Position numbers and translations under genes: made by a program
Notes under the pieces: generated by a model
What the model saw: the letters and a program-made list of their open reading frames with translations, nothing else
Told to the model about the DNA's origin: nothing
Database searches by the model: none
NCBI GenBank assembly: GCA_964016885.1
Contig: OZ024740.1
Location: forward strand, 424,948,001 to 425,012,000
DNA from: Eledone cirrhosa
Lineage: Eukaryota
Direction: 5' to 3'
Length of the DNA: 64,000 nt
Shown: one piece after another, positions 59,757-64,000 of the stretch
Position numbering within the stretch: the stretch's first letter is position 1
Layout: every line of letters begins with the position of its first letter

Positions 59757-62700
59757 GATATTAGTAATACTAACAGTAACACTAACAGTAATACTAACTA
59801 AACTGTATTGTATTGCTGTATTAGCAATAGTAATAGTAATAGTAACTAAACTGTTTTACTGTATTGGTGATACTAATAGTAATACTAACAAAACTGTATT
59901 GGTAATACTAACAGTAATACTAACTAAATTGTATTGTATTACTGTATTACTGCAAAACTAATAGTAATACTAACTAAATTGTGTGGATGGCAGTATCGGT
60001 AGAGGGTTGGACGCCATGCTTTGCAGCAAAGAGTTACGGCCCTTGCCGTTCTGAGTTCAAATCCCGCCGAGGTTAACTTTCCTTTCATCCTTACGGGGTC
60101 GATAAAATAAAGTACCAGTAATGTACTGGGTAATTGCTGGCCTTGTGCCAAAAGTAGAAACAATTATATTACTGTATTGTTAATACTAATAGTAATACTA
60201 ACTAAATTGTATTGTATTGCTGTATTGGTAATAGTAATAGTAATACTAACTAAATTGTATTGTATTGCTCTATTGGTAATACTAATAGTAATACTAACTA
60301 AATTGTATTGTATTGCTCTATTGGTAATACTAATAGTAATACTAACTAAATTGTATTGTATTGCTCTATTGGTAATACTAATAGTAATACTAACTAAATT
60401 GTATTGTATTGATGTATTGGTAATACTAATAGTAATACTAACTAAATTGTATTGTATTGCTCTATTGGTAATACTAATAGTAATACTAACTAAATTGTAT
60501 TGTATTGCTGTATTGTTAATAGTAATAGTAATACTAACTAAATTGTATTGTATTGCTGTATTGTTAATACTAATAGTAATACTAACTAAATTGTATTGTA
60601 TTGTTGTATTGTTAATAGTAATAGTAATACTAGCTAAATTGTATTGTATTGCTCTATTGGTAATAGTAATACTAACTAAATTGTATTGTATTGCTGTATT
60701 GTTAATAGTAATAGTAATACTAGCTAAATTGTATTGTATTGCTCTATTGGTAATATTAATAGTAATACTAGCTAAATTGTATTGTATTGCTCTATTGGTA
60801 ATAGTAATACTAACTAAATTGTATTGTATTGCTGTATTGTTAATAGTAATAGTAATACTAGCTAAATTGTATTGTATTGCTGTATTGGTAATACTAATAG
60901 TAATACTAAACTAAATTGTATTGTATTGCTGTATTGGTAATACTAATAGTAATACTAACTAAATTGTATTGTATTGCTGTATTGTTAATAGTAATAGTAA
61001 TACTAGCTAAATTGTATTGTATTGCTCTATTGGTAATACTAATAGTAATACTAACTAAATTGTATTGTATTGCTGTATTGTTAATACTAATAGTAAAACT
61101 AACTAAATTGTATTGTATTGCTGTATTGTTAATAGTAATAGTAATACTAGCTAAATTGTATTGTATTGCTCTATTGGTAATACTAATAGTAATACTAACT
61201 AAATTGTATTGTATTGCTGTATTGTTAATACTAATAGTAATACTAACTAAATTGTATTGTATTGCTGTATTGTTAATAGTAATAGTAATACTAGCTAAAT
61301 TGTATTGTATTGCTCTATTGGTAATACTAATAGTAATACTAACTAAATTGTATTGTATTGCTGTATTGTTAATACTAATAGTAATACTAACTAAATTGTA
61401 TTGTATTGCTGTATTGGTAATAGTAATACTAACTAAATTGTATTGTATTGCTGTATTGTTAATAGTAATAGTAATACTAGCTAAATTGTATTGTATTGTT
61501 GTATTGTTAATACTAATAGTAATACTAACTAAATTGTGTGGTATTGTTGTATTGTTAATAGTAATAGTAGTACTAACTAAATTGTATTGTATTGCTCTAT
61601 TGGTAATAGTAATACTAGCTAAATTGTATTGTATTGTTGTATTGTTAATACTAATAGTAATACTAACTAAATTGTATTGTATTACTGTATTGTTAATACT
61701 AATAGTAATACTAACTAAATTGTATTGTATTACTGTATTGTTAATAGTAATAGTAATACTAGCTAAATTGTATTGTATTGTTGTATTGTTAATAGTAATA
61801 GTAATACCAACTAAATTGTATATTATTACTGTATTGTTAATAGTAATAGTAATACTAGCTAAATTGTATTGTATTGTTGTATTGTTAATAGTAATAGTAA
61901 TACTAACTAAATTGTAGTGTATTGCTGTATTGTTAATAGTAATAGTAATACTAGCTAAATTGTATTGTATTGCTGTATTGGTAATAGTAATAGTAATACT
62001 AACTAAATCGTATTGTATTGTTGTATTGTTAATAGTAATAGTAATACTAACTAAATTGTATTGTATTACTGTATTGGTAATACTAATAGTAATCCTAGCT
62101 AAATTGTATTGTATTGCTGTATTGTTAATAGTAATAGTAATACTAACTAAATTGTATTGTATTGCTCTATTGGTAATACTAATAGTAATACTAGCAAAAT
62201 TGTATTGTATTGCTGTATTGTTAATAGTAATAGTAATACTAGCAAAATTGTATTGTATTACTGTATTGTTAATAGTAATAGTAATACTAGCTAAATTGTA
62301 TTGTATTGCTGTATTGTTAATAGTAATAGTAATACTAGCTAAATTGTATTGTATTACTGTATTGTTAATAGTAATAGTAATACTAACTAAATTGTATTGT
62401 ATTACTGTATTGGTAATAGTAATAGTAATACTAACTAAATTGTATTGTATTACTGTATTGGTAATAGTAATAGTAATACTAACTAAATTGTATTGTATTA
62501 CTGTATTGTTAATAGTAATAGTAATACTAGCTAAATTGTATTGTATTGCTGTATTGTTAATAGTAATAGTAATACTAGCTAAATTGTATTGTATTGCTCT
62601 ATTGGTAATAGTAATAGTAACTAAATTGTATTGTATTACTGTATTGTTAATAGTAATAGTAATACTAGCTAAATTGTATTGTATTGTTGTATTGTTAATA

Positions 62701-64000
62701 CTAATAGTAATACTAACTAAATTGTGTGGTATTGTTGTATTGTTAATAGTAATAGTAGTACTAACTAAATTGTATTGTATTGCTCTATTGGTAATAGTAA
62801 TACTAGCTAAATTGTATTGTATTGTTGTATTGTTAATACTAATAGTAATACTAACTAAATTGTATTGTATTACTGTATTGTTAATACTAATAGTAATACT
62901 AACTAAATTGTATTGTATTGCTGTATTGTTAATAGTAATAGTAATACTAGCTAAATTGTATTGTATTGCTGTATTGGTAATAGTAATAGTAATACTAACT
63001 AAATTGTATTGTATTGTTGTATTGTTAATAGTAATAGTAATACTAACTAAATTGTATTGTATTGTTGTATTGTTAATAGTAATAGTAATACTAACTAAAT
63101 TGTATTGTGTTGATGTATTGTTAATAGTAATAGTAATACTAACTAAATTGTATTGTATTGTTGTATTGTTAATACTAATAGTAGTACTAACTAAATTGTA
63201 TTGTATTGTTGTATTGTTAATAGTAATAGTAATACTAACAAAATTGTATTGTATTGTTGTATTGGTAATAGTAATAGTAATACTAACTAAATTGTATTGT
63301 ATTGCTGTATTAGTAATACTAATAGTAATACTAACTAAATTGTATTGTATTGCTGTATTGTTAATAGTAATAGTAATACTAGCTAAATTGTATTGTATTA
63401 CTGTATTGGTAATAGTAATAGTAATACTAGCTAAATTGTATTGTATTACTGTATTGGTAATAGTAATAGTAATACTAACTAAATTGTATTGTATTGCTGT
63501 ATTGTTAATAGTAATAGTAATACTAGCTAAATTGTATTGTATTACTGTATTAGTAATACTAATAGTAATACTAACTAAATTGTATTGTATTGCTGTATTG
63601 GTAATAGTAATAGTAATACTAGCTAAATCGTATTGTATTGTTGTATTGTTAATAGTAATAGTAATACTAACTAAATTGTATTGTATTGCTGTATTGTTAA
63701 TAGTAACAGTAATACTAACTAAATTGTATTGTATTACTGTATTGGTAATACTAATAGTAATGCTAACTAAATTATATTGTATTGCTGTATTGGTAATACT
63801 AACAGTAATACCTTCTATATTGTATTGTATTACTGTATTTGTAATACTAAGAGTAATACTAACTATATTGTATTGTATTACTGTATTAGTAATACTAACT
63901 AGACTGTATTGTATTGCTGTATTGGTAATACTAATAGTAATACTAACTAAACTGTATTGTATTGCTGTATTGGTAATACTAACAGTAATACCAACTATAT
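59757..64000. repeat. AT-rich 48-bp satellite (42-bp variants), >4 kb, continues past the window end
   Basis: Unit CTAACTAAATTGTATTGTATTGCTGTATTGTTAATAGTAATAGTAATA. Confidence 0.97.
59981..60166 (+). mobile_element. SINE family 1 inserted in the satellite
   Basis: Box A/B, core and tail; interrupts a satellite unit. Confidence 0.88.

Noticed and set aside
60177-61917. Hydrophobic repeat ORFs (LTKLYCIAVLLIVIVI)
   Set aside because: Translation of the 48-bp satellite, with frameshifts and stops along the array.

Overview
AT-rich eukaryotic (animal) non-genic or intronic DNA dominated by microsatellites ((TA)n, (CA)n, (CATA)n, (GATA)n, (TAA)n, (GGT/GAT)n) and transposable elements. The SINE and microsatellite content resembles coleoid cephalopod (octopus-like) DNA; that is inference only. 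No host protein-coding gene can be supported, and most ORF-track entries are microsatellite artefacts. Supported content: two R4/Dong-type RT+restriction-like-endonuclease retrotransposons plus extra 3' fragments; two near full-length, inactivated Tx1/L1-type LINEs plus an older relic; RTE and CRE-like relics; a ~600 bp non-coding RTE-like non-autonomous family; two tRNA-derived SINE families; a non-autonomous Helitron; a hAT element carrying a 34-bp satellite; and several minisatellites. The most notable signal is a set of at least 7 families of short (100-700 bp) non-coding fold-back elements lying in or beside (TA)n tracts. Several carry type I hammerhead-ribozyme motifs, with compensatory base changes between copies and in one case on both strands. 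They look like Penelope-like pLTR/retrozyme-type units.
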